Below are positions 19,052 to 29,069 of a stretch of 42,084 nt of DNA, in pieces (the stretch's first letter is position 1; each line of letters begins with the position of its first letter). The translations under genes and the position numbers were made by a program. The stretch is taken from contig VFKP01000008.1 in the NCBI GenBank assembly GCA_009885495.1, positions 1 through 42,084 on the forward strand, given 5' to 3'. The DNA comes from Gammaproteobacteria bacterium. GTDB taxonomy: Bacteria; Pseudomonadota; Gammaproteobacteria; UBA1113. Under the pieces are notes generated by a model. It saw only the letters and a program-made list of their open reading frames with translations, made no database searches and was not told the DNA's origin.

Positions 19052-20386
19052 CTAAAGCGCTGTCTTTTGAATAACGGCCACTAATTCTTTGGCATAAGCT
19101 TCAACGACCGCTTTATCTCTACCCTCAACCATCACCCGCACCAAGGGTTCTGTGCCTGAGGCTCGCAGTAAAACACGACCATGAGGCCCCAGCTCGCTTT
19201 CTACGACCTTCACCGCCGCCTGAATCGAAGGATGATTTAAATCAATGCTGCCCGCTGAATAACGGATATTCAACATAATCTGTGGATATTTAAACATACC
19301 TTGCTTAATCTGACTGAGAGATTGCTGGGCAGACAACATAGCTTGTAACACCAACAAGGCAGAGGCAATACCATCGCCCGTACTGCCATATTCCAGATGT
19401 AATAGATGCCCCGAAGACTCCCCACCCAAACACCAGCCTCGTTCTTGTAGCGCTTGCAAAACATAGCGATCGCCCACCTTAGCACGATAAAGAACAACCT
19501 GTTTATCTGCCAAAGCCTCAACCAAACCTAAATTACTCATCAAAGTGCCCACCACCCCAGCCAAAGGCAAACCTTGGGCCAAACGGTCTGCCGCTAAGAT
19601 CCACAGCAATTCATCTCCATCCACTGTGGCGCCCGTGGCATCGACCATCATTAAGCGATCGCCATCACCATCAAAGGCAATCCCCAGATCGGCTTTTTGT
19701 TCCAGCACTGCTTTTTTGAGATCGTTTAGATCGGTAGCACCACAGCGTTCATTAATATTGATCCCATTTGGGCTGGCATGCAAGATCTCGACTTTGGCCC
19801 CTAAATGACGAAACAAAGCGGGCGCTATTTGATAGGTCGCGCCCTCGGCACAGTCTAAAACCAGGCTTAAACCGGACAGAGCCTCTGGTTTTAAAAAATT
19901 ATTTTGACAATGGGCTAAATATTCTTGTGCAGCCGTTTTATCTTCTACAATCTGTCCGGGTTGTTCTGCGATTTCAACTTCATCGATAGCATCGAGAATT
20001 CGCTCTATTTCCAATTCTTCTGCATCGCTTAATTTAAAACCCGTATCAGAAAAAAATTTAATGCCATTGTCTTGATAAGGATTATGAGAGGCACTTAACA
20101 CCGCCGCTAAAGCGGGTTTTCTATGTCGGCACATAAACGCTAAGGCCGGTGTGGGCAACACCCCTAACAAAACCGCTGAACGCCCCTGTAAAGCCAAGCC
20201 TTTTGCAAAAGCGCGCGCCAGACTAGCACTGGATTGCCGTGGATCTTCACCAATCAAAACAAGCTTATCACTGGGCGGCAATACACAGGCTAAGGCTCGT
20301 CCTAAGCGCAAGAGCCAGTCAGGCGTCATCGGAGGAGTACCGACACTAGCTCGAATACCATCCGTGCCAAAATAACGTTTATTCAC
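19052..20386 (-). CDS. glmM: Phosphoglucosamine mutase
   Basis: FGTDGIR, active-site SASHNP, DGDGDR. GTG start in a GTGA overlap with the folP stop. Confidence 0.95.
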   Translation of the reverse strand: MNKRYFGTDGIRASVGTPPMTPDWLLRLGRALACVLPPSDKLVLIGEDPRQSSASLARAFAKGLALQGRSAVLLGVLPTPALAFMCRHRKPALAAVLSASHNPYQDNGIKFFSDTGFKLSDAEELEIERILDAIDEVEIAEQPGQIVEDKTAAQEYLAHCQNNFLKPEALSGLSLVLDCAEGATYQIAPALFRHLGAKVEILHASPNGININERCGATDLNDLKKAVLEQKADLGIAFDGDGDRLMMVDATGATVDGDELLWILAADRLAQGLPLAGVVGTLMSNLGLVEALADKQVVLYRAKVGDRYVLQALQERGWCLGGESSGHLLHLEYGSTGDGIASALLVLQAMLSAQQSLSQIKQGMFKYPQIMLNIRYSAGSIDLNHPSIQAAVKVVESELGPHGRVLLRASGTEPLVRVMVEGRDKAVVEAYAKELVAVIQKTAL

Positions 20387-21207
20387 CGTAACTCCTCCTG
20401 GCTCTGGCTAATCGCTTTCACCATCTTCAAGGCTTGAACCGTAGGGGCCACATCATGAACTCGTAAGATAGAGGCTCCTTGCTGATAGGCGACTATCGCC
20501 GCCGCCAAAGAACCGGCTAAGCGTTCTTCCACAGGCAGATCTAAAAGTTCCCCAATAAAAGATTTACGAGACACACCGACCAAAATCGGAAATCCCTGTG
20601 CTTTTAAGACATTTAAAGACTTTAATAGGGCTAGATTTTGTGGCAGGTTTTTTCCAAAGGAGCCCGCTCCTATTCCGGGATCTAAGACAATACGCTCTTT
20701 GGCAATGCCCGCTTCTTGACAGATTTTGGCTTTATTCCTTAAAAATTCAGCAATCTTTTTAATAGAGCTATCTTGACCGCGATGCATCAAACAAACCCCA
20801 GCAGAATAGCGCGCCAAAACATTGACCGCTCCTTCCACATTTAAGGCCCGCACATCATTAATGATGCTAGCGCCTGCATCCAAGACAGCATCCATCACTT
20901 TAGGAGCAGAAGTATCGACAGAAATAGGAATATCAAAATGTTGGCTTAAGGCAAAAACCAGAGGCAGCAAAGCGACTAACTCTTGTTCGGCGCTAACAGG
21001 CACAGAGGCAATCGAGGGATTAGTCGGCTCAGCGCCCAAATCTAAAATATCGGCACCGGCCGATACCATAGCCTCGGCTTGATTTAAAACTTCTTCAAGG
21101 CTAGCACAATAACTTTGTGACACAAAAGAAGCAGGATGTAAATTGATCACTCCCATGATCAGAGGTTTTGAACATTCTAAACGATAAGACCCGCACTGCC
21201 AGAACAT
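20383..21207 (-). CDS. folP: Dihydropteroate synthase
   Basis: Pterin-binding fold blocks (IMGVINL, DILDLGAEPT, INDV, DPGIG.FGK, GVSRKSFIG); ftsH-folP-glmM order. Confidence 0.9.
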   Translation of the reverse strand: MFWQCGSYRLECSKPLIMGVINLHPASFVSQSYCASLEEVLNQAEAMVSAGADILDLGAEPTNPSIASVPVSAEQELVALLPLVFALSQHFDIPISVDTSAPKVMDAVLDAGASIINDVRALNVEGAVNVLARYSAGVCLMHRGQDSSIKKIAEFLRNKAKICQEAGIAKERIVLDPGIGAGSFGKNLPQNLALLKSLNVLKAQGFPILVGVSRKSFIGELLDLPVEERLAGSLAAAIVAYQQGASILRVHDVAPTVQALKMVKAISQSQEELR

Positions 21208-21213
21208 ACAATC

Positions 21214-23157
21214 TTAAACCAAGCCATCTTGAGGTTTAGAATCGGATGGATAAGAGGGTTTATCCACAGGAAGGCTGGCATCATCGGCTTTGATAGGCTC
21301 TCCCTTTTGAGGCCCATTGCCATCTGATTCAGTCCAACCTTTAGGGGGTTTAGGCACTTGTCTTGCCATCAAATCTTTCAATTGGGTTTCATCGATGGTC
21401 TCATACTTAATGAGGGCCTCGGCCATCAGATGTAGAATATCAATTTTATCCACTAAAATTTGTTTAGCACGGTTAAAGGACTCTTCAATGATAATTTTGA
21501 CTTCAGCATCAATAAGAGCTGCTGTTCCTTCTGAAACCTCTTTAGTGCGCCCCACTGAACGCCCTAAGAACACTTCACCTTGATCTTCACCAAAAACAAT
21601 CGGGCCTATTTTTTCAGAAAAACCCCATTTCATCACCATATTGCGTGCAATTTGTGTGGCACGTTCCATATCATTGGAAGCACCCGTCGTGACACCCAAT
21701 ACACCAAAAATTAATTCTTCGGCAATACGCCCACCAAATAAACTACACAATTGGCTGAGTAGGCGCTGCTTGGAATGACTGTAGCGATCCTGTTCTGGCA
21801 AAAACATAGTCACCCCCAAAGCACGTCCTCGAGGAATGATCGTCACTTTATAGACCGGATCGTGTTCAGGCACACTTAAACCCACAATGGCATGGCCCGA
21901 TTCATGATAAGCGGTTAATTTCTTTTCTTCTAGACTCATCACCATCGAATGGCGTTCTGCACCCATTAAGATCTTATCTTTGGCATGCTCTAGTTCGCTC
22001 ATTTCAACGACTTTCTTATTGGCCTTGGCGGCAAACAAGGCGGCCTCATTCACTAAATTAGCCAAATCGGCCCCTGAAAAACCAGGCGTTCCTCGAGCAA
22101 TCACCCCTGCACGCACATCTTCTGATAAAGGCACTTTACGTAGATGAACATTCAAAATTTGTTCACGCCCTCTGACATCGGGTAAACCCACTACGACTTG
22201 GCGATCAAAACGCCCGGGTCGTAATAAAGCCGGATCTAAAACATCGGGACGATTGGTCGCAGCAACCACGATAACACCCTCATTGCCCTCAAAACCATCC
22301 ATTTCAACCAATAATTGATTCAAGGTTTGTTCGCGTTCATCATGCCCACCGCCTAAGCCTGCCCCTCGATGTCGACCCACAGCATCAATTTCATCAATGA
22401 AAATAATGCAAGGCGCACTTTTTTTCGCTTGTTCAAACATATCACGCACGCGTGAAGCCCCAACACCGACAAACATTTCCACAAAATCAGATCCTGAAAT
22501 CGTAAAGAAGGGTACTTTAGATTCACCGGCAACCGCGCGAGCCAATAAGGTTTTACCGGTCCCGGGAGGGCCCACCATCAATACCCCACGAGGAATACGA
22601 CCGCCCAAACGTTGAAATTTCGCTGGATCGCGTAAAAAATCAACCAATTCAGAAACTTCTTCCTTGGCTTCATCAGCCCCAGCCACATCCGCAAAAGTGA
22701 CCTTGACTTGATCTTCAGACAATAAACGAGCCCGGCTACGACCAAAGGACATCGCACCACGACTGCCGCCACCGCCCTGCATTTGGCGCAGGAAAAAGAT
22801 CCAAATCCCCACAAAGAGTAATAATGGGAACCAATTGATCAATATTCGCATTAAAAGAGGCTGCGTTTCGGGTAATTTACCTTTAACTTCAATGCCCTTA
22901 TGCAAAAAATCACGCACTAAGTCTTGTGGCCCTACAGGGACAATCGTATAAATGGCTTGGTTAGATTTGGTGATCCCCTGGATTTCTCCCTCAGTAAAGA
23001 CCGCTGAACTCAGATCGTCTTTATCCGCTTTATCTAAAAATTGGCTGAAGGAAACCTGGGTACTGGGCTCTTGCCGAGGACCAAAGTTGCTGAAAATCGA
23101 GGCCAGTATAACCACTATAATGGACCAGATAATTAAATTCTTGAGCATATCGTTCAA
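21214..23157 (-). CDS. ftsH: ATP-dependent zinc metalloprotease FtsH
   Basis: Walker A GPPGTGKT, second region of homology, HESGHA zinc motif, two N-terminal TM segments. Confidence 0.97.
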   Translation of the reverse strand: MNDMLKNLIIWSIIVVILASIFSNFGPRQEPSTQVSFSQFLDKADKDDLSSAVFTEGEIQGITKSNQAIYTIVPVGPQDLVRDFLHKGIEVKGKLPETQPLLMRILINWFPLLLFVGIWIFFLRQMQGGGGSRGAMSFGRSRARLLSEDQVKVTFADVAGADEAKEEVSELVDFLRDPAKFQRLGGRIPRGVLMVGPPGTGKTLLARAVAGESKVPFFTISGSDFVEMFVGVGASRVRDMFEQAKKSAPCIIFIDEIDAVGRHRGAGLGGGHDEREQTLNQLLVEMDGFEGNEGVIVVAATNRPDVLDPALLRPGRFDRQVVVGLPDVRGREQILNVHLRKVPLSEDVRAGVIARGTPGFSGADLANLVNEAALFAAKANKKVVEMSELEHAKDKILMGAERHSMVMSLEEKKLTAYHESGHAIVGLSVPEHDPVYKVTIIPRGRALGVTMFLPEQDRYSHSKQRLLSQLCSLFGGRIAEELIFGVLGVTTGASNDMERATQIARNMVMKWGFSEKIGPIVFGEDQGEVFLGRSVGRTKEVSEGTAALIDAEVKIIIEESFNRAKQILVDKIDILHLMAEALIKYETIDETQLKDLMARQVPKPPKGWTESDGNGPQKGEPIKADDASLPVDKPSYPSDSKPQDGLV

Positions 23158-23253
23158 TGTGAGAGCTCCTCTTGAACTGTCTAAACATAAAAGATCCTGT
23201 TAGTCTACGCCTAAATTGGGCAAAGCGCAAAGGTCGGCAATTTTAACCAGCGC

Positions 23254-23973
23254 TTAGCTGAGACCCTCTTGATAAAACAAACTTCTACAAAAAAGATGCA
23301 AATCTGGATCCTTTTCCCAATTTCTTAAAAATCGCCGTAGATCACTGCGAAAGGCCCTTCTAAAACGCAAGCCCTTAAAAAAAATCACTTTTCGGTAATC
23401 CACCAAACAATCTAAATCAATCAAATACAAATCCCCCGCGACCACGCGAAAATTATCCGCTTTTAAGTCCCCATGGCGTAAACAATGCGATTTGAGAGCC
23501 TGCAAAACTTGGATGGCCTTTTGTATCATCCTCTGACGCTTTAGGGGATCTTGTTGTACTTTCAAAATATAGTCACTCAGAGCATATCCGGGTAAATCTT
23601 CCATGATCACATAAGCTTCTCGCCTTAAAGATCCCCAAGCTTTTTCTAAAATGGCGATAGGCTTCGCCGCTTTAATATGGGCTTCTTGCAAGCATTGTGC
23701 GGCCTTTAAAAAAATACGAGCCCGCGTTTTGCGAAAACAACGGCTTAATCCGTGACGCCATGATTTAATTCGATAGCGTTTGACCACCCAATTTTGAGCT
23801 CCATGCGGATATAAAAAGACTAGACAGCCTCGATCATCTTTTAAAAAACGAAATCGTTGAATCGAACCAGTAATCTGAGAAAACACTGAATCTATATTGT
23901 CTTTTTCTTCTTCACAAACCAGATAATGCCAATCCTGAAAACAGCCTTTCACAAAGGGAGCTGGCATTGACAT
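23254..23973 (-). CDS. Lipopolysaccharide kinase (Kdo/WaaP) family protein
   Basis: Catalytic loop RHGDLKADNF and LIDLD. Last gene of the waa operon. Start re-set to MSMPAPF (TGATG overlap with the upstream stop). Confidence 0.7.
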   Translation of the reverse strand: MSMPAPFVKGCFQDWHYLVCEEEKDNIDSVFSQITGSIQRFRFLKDDRGCLVFLYPHGAQNWVVKRYRIKSWRHGLSRCFRKTRARIFLKAAQCLQEAHIKAAKPIAILEKAWGSLRREAYVIMEDLPGYALSDYILKVQQDPLKRQRMIQKAIQVLQALKSHCLRHGDLKADNFRVVAGDLYLIDLDCLVDYRKVIFFKGLRFRRAFRSDLRRFLRNWEKDPDLHLFCRSLFYQEGLS

Positions 23974-24749
23974 CAAGCCCGTGCCTTTTTCTTCTGACGT
24001 TTCAAGCGCAAGCGCTCTAATTCTTTCCATAATTGTTTAGCCTTCAGCAGCGGAGCCCCTTTCCCAACGCCCACATAGGCTTTGATAAAACGCCAGCGAT
24101 CCGTGAGACGAACATCTATCAGATTTTTCCCAAATTGCCTGAGATCTCTATTGCGACAACGTGATTTTACGGGCCAAAACCTCATCGTTTCCAAATCAAT
24201 GAATGCAGCGCTCACTTGATTGTCCTGTATTTTGAGAAAAACATGTTTCAAGGCCAAATGGCAATGCTTATAATGTTGATCATGCATATGGCGCATGACT
24301 TTAGCCAATTCAGCAATGATTTGATTGCGTAATTCCATCGCAGGAAACCCCGTTGTTTTCCATTGCGAAAAATGCTGTTCTAAAGAAGCATAGCCTGTCA
24401 ATTCCTCTGTGAGCAAAATAGCCTTTTGACCTGAACGTCCGTAATAAATGGGTTTAGGCGTTGGGATACCTGCTCGCAGAGCGCGTTGCATATTATGAAA
24501 TTCTCGCTCAAAGGTCGGTCTTCCGCGCAAAGGATTGCGTAAGGAAAGATGCGTATGATTAGATTGACGTTTTAGGAACACCACGCGCTCTTGACTCATC
24601 GGGCTCTTTAATATAATTCGCGAAACACCACTCCAACCTCCCCGACGTTGATTAGGCTCTTCAAACCAATCTCCTTGATAATCCCAAAGACTCTTAAAAG
24701 AATCTAGCCCCTGCTCCTTGAGTAAAATTTTCCATTCATCTGCAATCAT
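23973..24749 (-). CDS. WaaP-like LPS kinase paralog with a non-canonical catalytic loop (possible pseudokinase)
   Basis: HCHLALKHVF aligns with WaaP HRDCYICHFL, giving Asp->His. FIDLE is retained. ATGA overlap with the upstream gene. Confidence 0.6.
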   Translation of the reverse strand: MIADEWKILLKEQGLDSFKSLWDYQGDWFEEPNQRRGGWSGVSRIILKSPMSQERVVFLKRQSNHTHLSLRNPLRGRPTFEREFHNMQRALRAGIPTPKPIYYGRSGQKAILLTEELTGYASLEQHFSQWKTTGFPAMELRNQIIAELAKVMRHMHDQHYKHCHLALKHVFLKIQDNQVSAAFIDLETMRFWPVKSRCRNRDLRQFGKNLIDVRLTDRWRFIKAYVGVGKGAPLLKAKQLWKELERLRLKRQKKKARA

Positions 24750-25492
24750 TTTTTTTCATTCCTTAAAATTTTTTTAAGCAGTTTCTTATAACGAACCGTT
24801 AATCGACTTTCGCCACAATAGTGCAGATACGCTCTTAATCTATCCGTTTTAGACAGATACAAAGAGGCTCCCTTATCAAAATCGCGCAGATCTCGCCATT
24901 GCCCTAACCCAAACATCAAGCCGAAACGACGTTGACCCAGAGGGCTATCGATCAAATAAACATGGCTTGGAACACTGTATTGCACCAGTATATTACGCCA
25001 TTTAAAGTCTTTATGGATAAATCGCATTTCATGCAAACCTTTTATATAATCCATGACTTTAAACATCAGTCCACGTCGCCAGTGCTTGTCTTCTTGCCAC
25101 ACACTATACTGTTGTGCCAACTGCAACAAATCCAAACTCTGCGGCACCGCTCGTTGCACTAAAAATCCCCCCTCATAATGAGCTCTGCGATCGGATTCTC
25201 CATACACTAATAAAGCCGGTGTCAAGATGTTTTGTTCCTCAAAATAATGAGCATTTTCCCATTCACCTCTCGCCCTCGAGCGCGCACCATAACGACGTAA
25301 GTAGCGACCTCTGCGATGATAAATTTTAATATAGTATTCTTCTTCTGCAATTTCGATTCGCCACAGTTGATTATAAGGCCCCTCGCTGATTTTTTCCGCA
25401 TTGCATGTCCAGCGTTTTATCGCATCGACATCTGAAAACTGTTGTTTTTCAAGTTCACTGATCTTTCTCCCCCATTGCAAATACACTGTCAT
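24746..25492 (-). CDS. Lipopolysaccharide kinase (Kdo/WaaP) family protein
   Basis: FIHKDFKWRNILV catalytic loop and YLIDSP. Start re-set to MTVYLQWG (ATGA overlap with the waaP stop). Confidence 0.7.
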   Translation of the reverse strand: MTVYLQWGRKISELEKQQFSDVDAIKRWTCNAEKISEGPYNQLWRIEIAEEEYYIKIYHRRGRYLRRYGARSRARGEWENAHYFEEQNILTPALLVYGESDRRAHYEGGFLVQRAVPQSLDLLQLAQQYSVWQEDKHWRRGLMFKVMDYIKGLHEMRFIHKDFKWRNILVQYSVPSHVYLIDSPLGQRRFGLMFGLGQWRDLRDFDKGASLYLSKTDRLRAYLHYCGESRLTVRYKKLLKKILRNEKK

Positions 25493-26871
25493 ACAGCCAC
25501 TCTGTTTTCTTTGGCGTACAATGCTAAAGCCTTTCGCCCCACTTTGCTCCATAATTTCTTATGGCTATGGTAAGACTGCCCATCATGGTAATAATGGATG
25601 AAATGAAGTTGATCGCGAGGCGTCAAACCATAATCTATCGCTGAAAAATACAAGGCACTGAGATCTTTGATTTGCCAACGTCGCGATAAAAATATTTTTC
25701 TTTGCATACGATGCAAATCAATCAGATAGTATTCATTGTCTTTTTTCAAATCTTTCAGGAAATGACATAAATATAAATCGCGATGGTAAAGATTGGCATT
25801 ATGAATTGTTTTCACATATTCCGCTAATTGCTCAATCATCTTTATTTTTTCGCCGGCTATAGGAGGATGGTCTTTCCAGTTTTTGCAATAGGTCTCTAGA
25901 CTTTCAATGTCTTTTAATTCCTCTGTCACCAAAAAAGATTGCCTGCGAAAAGCAATTCGCCCGCGTTCCGAAAAAGCCACACCCTTCAAAGTGGGGACTT
26001 TCAATTCTTTTAATCGGGCAATGGCCTTCCATTCAGTGCGTGCACTGACAATCGGAGGTTTTAAACTGGCCCAATTTTTAAACCATTCTCGTACACCAAT
26101 GCCCGAATGCAATTTAGCGTAAAAACCTTGACCGGCATATTCAAATCGCAATGTTTTACGCCCTTCTTTATGGCGAACCACTTGGCCCGTTAAACACATA
26201 ATCTCTTTGAAATGAGGCGCTGCACAACCATAATACGCCATACCGGGATGCAAGCCCAAAGGAGTTTGTAAGGTTTTATGGGTTTCAAGGATGGTTAATA
26301 CGGTTCTGGACAAGCGATTGGGATATGTTTTTATTTCAGGGGGCAATAAAGTTAAAGTCTCTTTGGCCTTTTCCTGTACCAACAAACAATGCAGGCGTTG
26401 TGAAGGAGTGTGATAATGTTTTTGCATGGCGCGCAATAATACAACACTTGAAGTGACAATCTGGCAATGGCTCTGTGTGCCAAACACGCCCTCTTCAAAA
26501 TGCAATAATTGCCGATATCGCGGTAAATAACGCCGCACACCTTCAATCAGTTCAACCACGCAGGGTTCATGAGCATAATAAATATCTAGCCCTGGAATTT
26601 GATCAAACCCAATGATTTGATCATACTTTTCTCGCAATCGCGCTTCGTGAACTGAGATCGCCAGATGCGCTTGTTGTCGAAAACAAGGCAAGCCTGATTT
26701 TCTGCAAATGTGAATGGAAATGCCTGGGGGTTTTTCGCCCCGCCATTCTAAAGTATAAACATCGACCTGATGACCTGCCTGCTGACACAAGCTAATTGTT
26801 TCTAAAAAGTGAGTTTGCAATTCACCATAAGGAACATAATTAAAAATCACAAAACATAAGCGTTGGCTCAT
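25489..26871 (-). CDS. waaP: Fusion protein: WaaG-like glycosyltransferase N-terminal domain plus WaaP LPS core heptose(I) kinase
   Basis: N-terminal part LCFVIFNYVPYGELQTHFLE...GFDQIPGLDIYYA...MQKHYHTP resembles E. coli WaaG residues about 1-175. C-terminal part TLRFEYAGQGFYAK...EWKAI..L...GVAFSERG...HRDLYLCHFL...LIDLHR resembles WaaP. Start is ATG 26871 in an ATGA overlap with waaC. Confidence 0.8.
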   Translation of the reverse strand: MSQRLCFVIFNYVPYGELQTHFLETISLCQQAGHQVDVYTLEWRGEKPPGISIHICRKSGLPCFRQQAHLAISVHEARLREKYDQIIGFDQIPGLDIYYAHEPCVVELIEGVRRYLPRYRQLLHFEEGVFGTQSHCQIVTSSVVLLRAMQKHYHTPSQRLHCLLVQEKAKETLTLLPPEIKTYPNRLSRTVLTILETHKTLQTPLGLHPGMAYYGCAAPHFKEIMCLTGQVVRHKEGRKTLRFEYAGQGFYAKLHSGIGVREWFKNWASLKPPIVSARTEWKAIARLKELKVPTLKGVAFSERGRIAFRRQSFLVTEELKDIESLETYCKNWKDHPPIAGEKIKMIEQLAEYVKTIHNANLYHRDLYLCHFLKDLKKDNEYYLIDLHRMQRKIFLSRRWQIKDLSALYFSAIDYGLTPRDQLHFIHYYHDGQSYHSHKKLWSKVGRKALALYAKENRVAV

Positions 26872-27890
26872 GATTTTGAATCTCCCCATAGAACATTCAA
26901 TAATTCCAAGACCCGTGAGGGTGTTAAACTCGTATAGCAAGGCGGCATTTGCTCATCCTTGACCCAACGACATTCTTGACGAAAACAAGGCGCACAAGCA
27001 TAGTCTACACTCAAATGGGTTTGCTGACGACCTCGAGTACCGGTTTTTAGCGCATTGCTGGCAGCATACAAAGAAAGCGTGGGCACCGATAAAGCCGCCG
27101 CCAAATGCCCTAAGCCCGTATCCACTGCAATCACCGCTTTTACTTTCAATAGTTCTAAAGCCATTTGCGATAAATTTAAACGGGGTAATACTTGACCCTG
27201 GCAGGCTGCTGCGATACTTTCCGCTCGATTTTTTTCAACTTCATTTCCCCAAGGCAGAAAAATACTATAGCCTTCTTGCATCAATCGGCGCCCTAATTCC
27301 TGCCAATAGGCCAAAGGCCATAGTTTAGTATTCCAGGTCGTACCATGTAAAAATAAGATACTCTTTTCGTTCTGCTGCTGTGAATTGAAATGAGCCGCCA
27401 ATCCATAATCGATTGGCGTACTGGGCCGAGAATAATTCAAAGCCTTTGCAAATAAATCTCGCAAACGTTCAATGGCATGTGATTGCCAATCAATCGTATG
27501 ATGATGCTGATAAAAAATCGCAGAGAAAGGATCGCGAGAAGAACCTCGTGCTAAACCATGGCGTGGACCTTTGGCGCAAAAGGCCATCAAAGCACTTTTT
27601 AAAAGTCCCTGCGCATCGATAATTAAATCGTATTCTCTTTCTCGTAATTGCCGATAGAGTTTTTGCCAATACCCTGCCTTGAACGCTTGCCAAGGATTTT
27701 TACGCCAGCGACGAAATTCAATCTCAATAATGCGATCGACTCCCTGATGCCAAGAGAGGATCTCGCTGAAATTTTTTTCAACCAGCCAATCGATTTCAAG
27801 ATCAGGTAAAGCTTGTTTTGCATCCGTCAATGCCGGTAAGGCATGAATGACATCTCCCAAAGACGAGGTTTTTACGATCAATACTTTCAT
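26868..27890 (-). CDS. waaC: LPS heptosyltransferase I
   Basis: MKVLIVKTSSLGDVIHALPALTDAKQALP resembles E. coli WaaC MRVLIVKTSSMGDVLHTLPALTDAQQAIP. Start re-set (ATGA overlap with the waaF stop). Confidence 0.9.
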   Translation of the reverse strand: MKVLIVKTSSLGDVIHALPALTDAKQALPDLEIDWLVEKNFSEILSWHQGVDRIIEIEFRRWRKNPWQAFKAGYWQKLYRQLREREYDLIIDAQGLLKSALMAFCAKGPRHGLARGSSRDPFSAIFYQHHHTIDWQSHAIERLRDLFAKALNYSRPSTPIDYGLAAHFNSQQQNEKSILFLHGTTWNTKLWPLAYWQELGRRLMQEGYSIFLPWGNEVEKNRAESIAAACQGQVLPRLNLSQMALELLKVKAVIAVDTGLGHLAAALSVPTLSLYAASNALKTGTRGRQQTHLSVDYACAPCFRQECRWVKDEQMPPCYTSLTPSRVLELLNVLWGDSKS

Positions 27891-28915
27891 CTCAAGCGAC
27901 TCTCTTCTTTGAGCATCGTTTGCAGGGCGGTTAAAACCGATATAGGACTGATCTGCTTGAGACAATTTAAATGCTCTAGCGGACATTCTCTTTGGAAACA
28001 AGGGCTGCAAGGCAAAGCAAGATTTAAAATTTTAACCCGATCGCTTAAAGGGGGCGTAAATGCTGTTGAAGAAGATCCATAAATGGCCACCATAGGTTTG
28101 TCTAAGGCCGCGGCAATATGCATTAATCCCGAATCATTGCTCACCACAGCAGTCATTGCCGCTAAGATATCAACCGCTTGATTAAGGCCCGTACGTCCAC
28201 ACAGGTTATGGCATTCAACCCCCGATCGAGCTTTAATCTCGTTGGCAATCGCTTCATCTTTTTTCGAGCCCATCAGGCAAATTTGATAACCTTGGTTTCT
28301 CAGCAATTGCGCTAACGAAGCATAATGCTCACTGGGCCAGCGCTTAGCCGGGCCATATTCAGCACCCGGGCACAGGGCAATACTGGGGACTTGAGGATCT
28401 AAACCCAACTCTTGCATCAAGCTTTGAGCGGCCTCTGGGCTAGCACTAAGCCTAGGTCTAGGATAAGGCTTTGATAAGGGTTGATCGGAGGCTTGTCCCA
28501 AAATCATAAAACGTTCAATCATCAAGGGCAAAGCCTGTTTATCCAGGCGGCGTCTATCATTCAAAAGGCCAAAACGCATTTCTCCCTGAAAACCGCTGCG
28601 CACAGGGATCCCTGCGAACCAGGGGATCAGCGCCGATTTCCACGAATTAGGTAAAACAATCGCTTCGTCATACTGTTGATGACGCAAGGCCCGCCCTATC
28701 TGCCAACGTTTTTTTAAGCCAAAAATACCATGAGCTAAAGGAAGAATATGGATGGCATTGACCTCTGGCATTTTTTGAGCGATTTCTGCAGTCCAGGGCG
28801 GCGCTAAAAGATCTAAGACAGCCTGAGGCTGATGGCCTTTAATATTTTTGAACAGGGTTTGTGCCATCACCATATCACCCACCCAAGCCGGCGCTACAAT
28901 CAGTATTTTTTTCAT
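27887..28915 (-). CDS. waaF: ADP-heptose--LPS heptosyltransferase II
   Basis: MKKILIVAPAWVGDMVMAQ..., LPNSWKSALIPWFAGIP, GEMRFGLLND and CPGAEYGPAKRWP are near-collinear with E. coli WaaF. Start is ATG 28915 (a TTG at 28924 is possible). Confidence 0.9.
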   Translation of the reverse strand: MKKILIVAPAWVGDMVMAQTLFKNIKGHQPQAVLDLLAPPWTAEIAQKMPEVNAIHILPLAHGIFGLKKRWQIGRALRHQQYDEAIVLPNSWKSALIPWFAGIPVRSGFQGEMRFGLLNDRRRLDKQALPLMIERFMILGQASDQPLSKPYPRPRLSASPEAAQSLMQELGLDPQVPSIALCPGAEYGPAKRWPSEHYASLAQLLRNQGYQICLMGSKKDEAIANEIKARSGVECHNLCGRTGLNQAVDILAAMTAVVSNDSGLMHIAAALDKPMVAIYGSSSTAFTPPLSDRVKILNLALPCSPCFQRECPLEHLNCLKQISPISVLTALQTMLKEESRLR

Positions 28916-29069
28916 TAAAATCAATCACATTGAATAAAATTAAAGCTTATCCTAGTGGACATACCATCGCTTAACTTGGAGTTTGAAATAAACATCCAAA
29001 ATCGTACAGTATTTTATCATCTTCAAAGCGGAATAACCAGTGCCAGAAAATTCTAACTGAATAAAAGGA

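Noticed and set aside
22578-22814. 78-aa ORF on the same strand as ftsH but in a different frame; also 19270..19521 inside glmM, 26352..26546 inside waaP, and 27490..27823 inside waaC.
   Set aside because: These are out-of-frame ORFs embedded in well-supported genes, with no independent signals.
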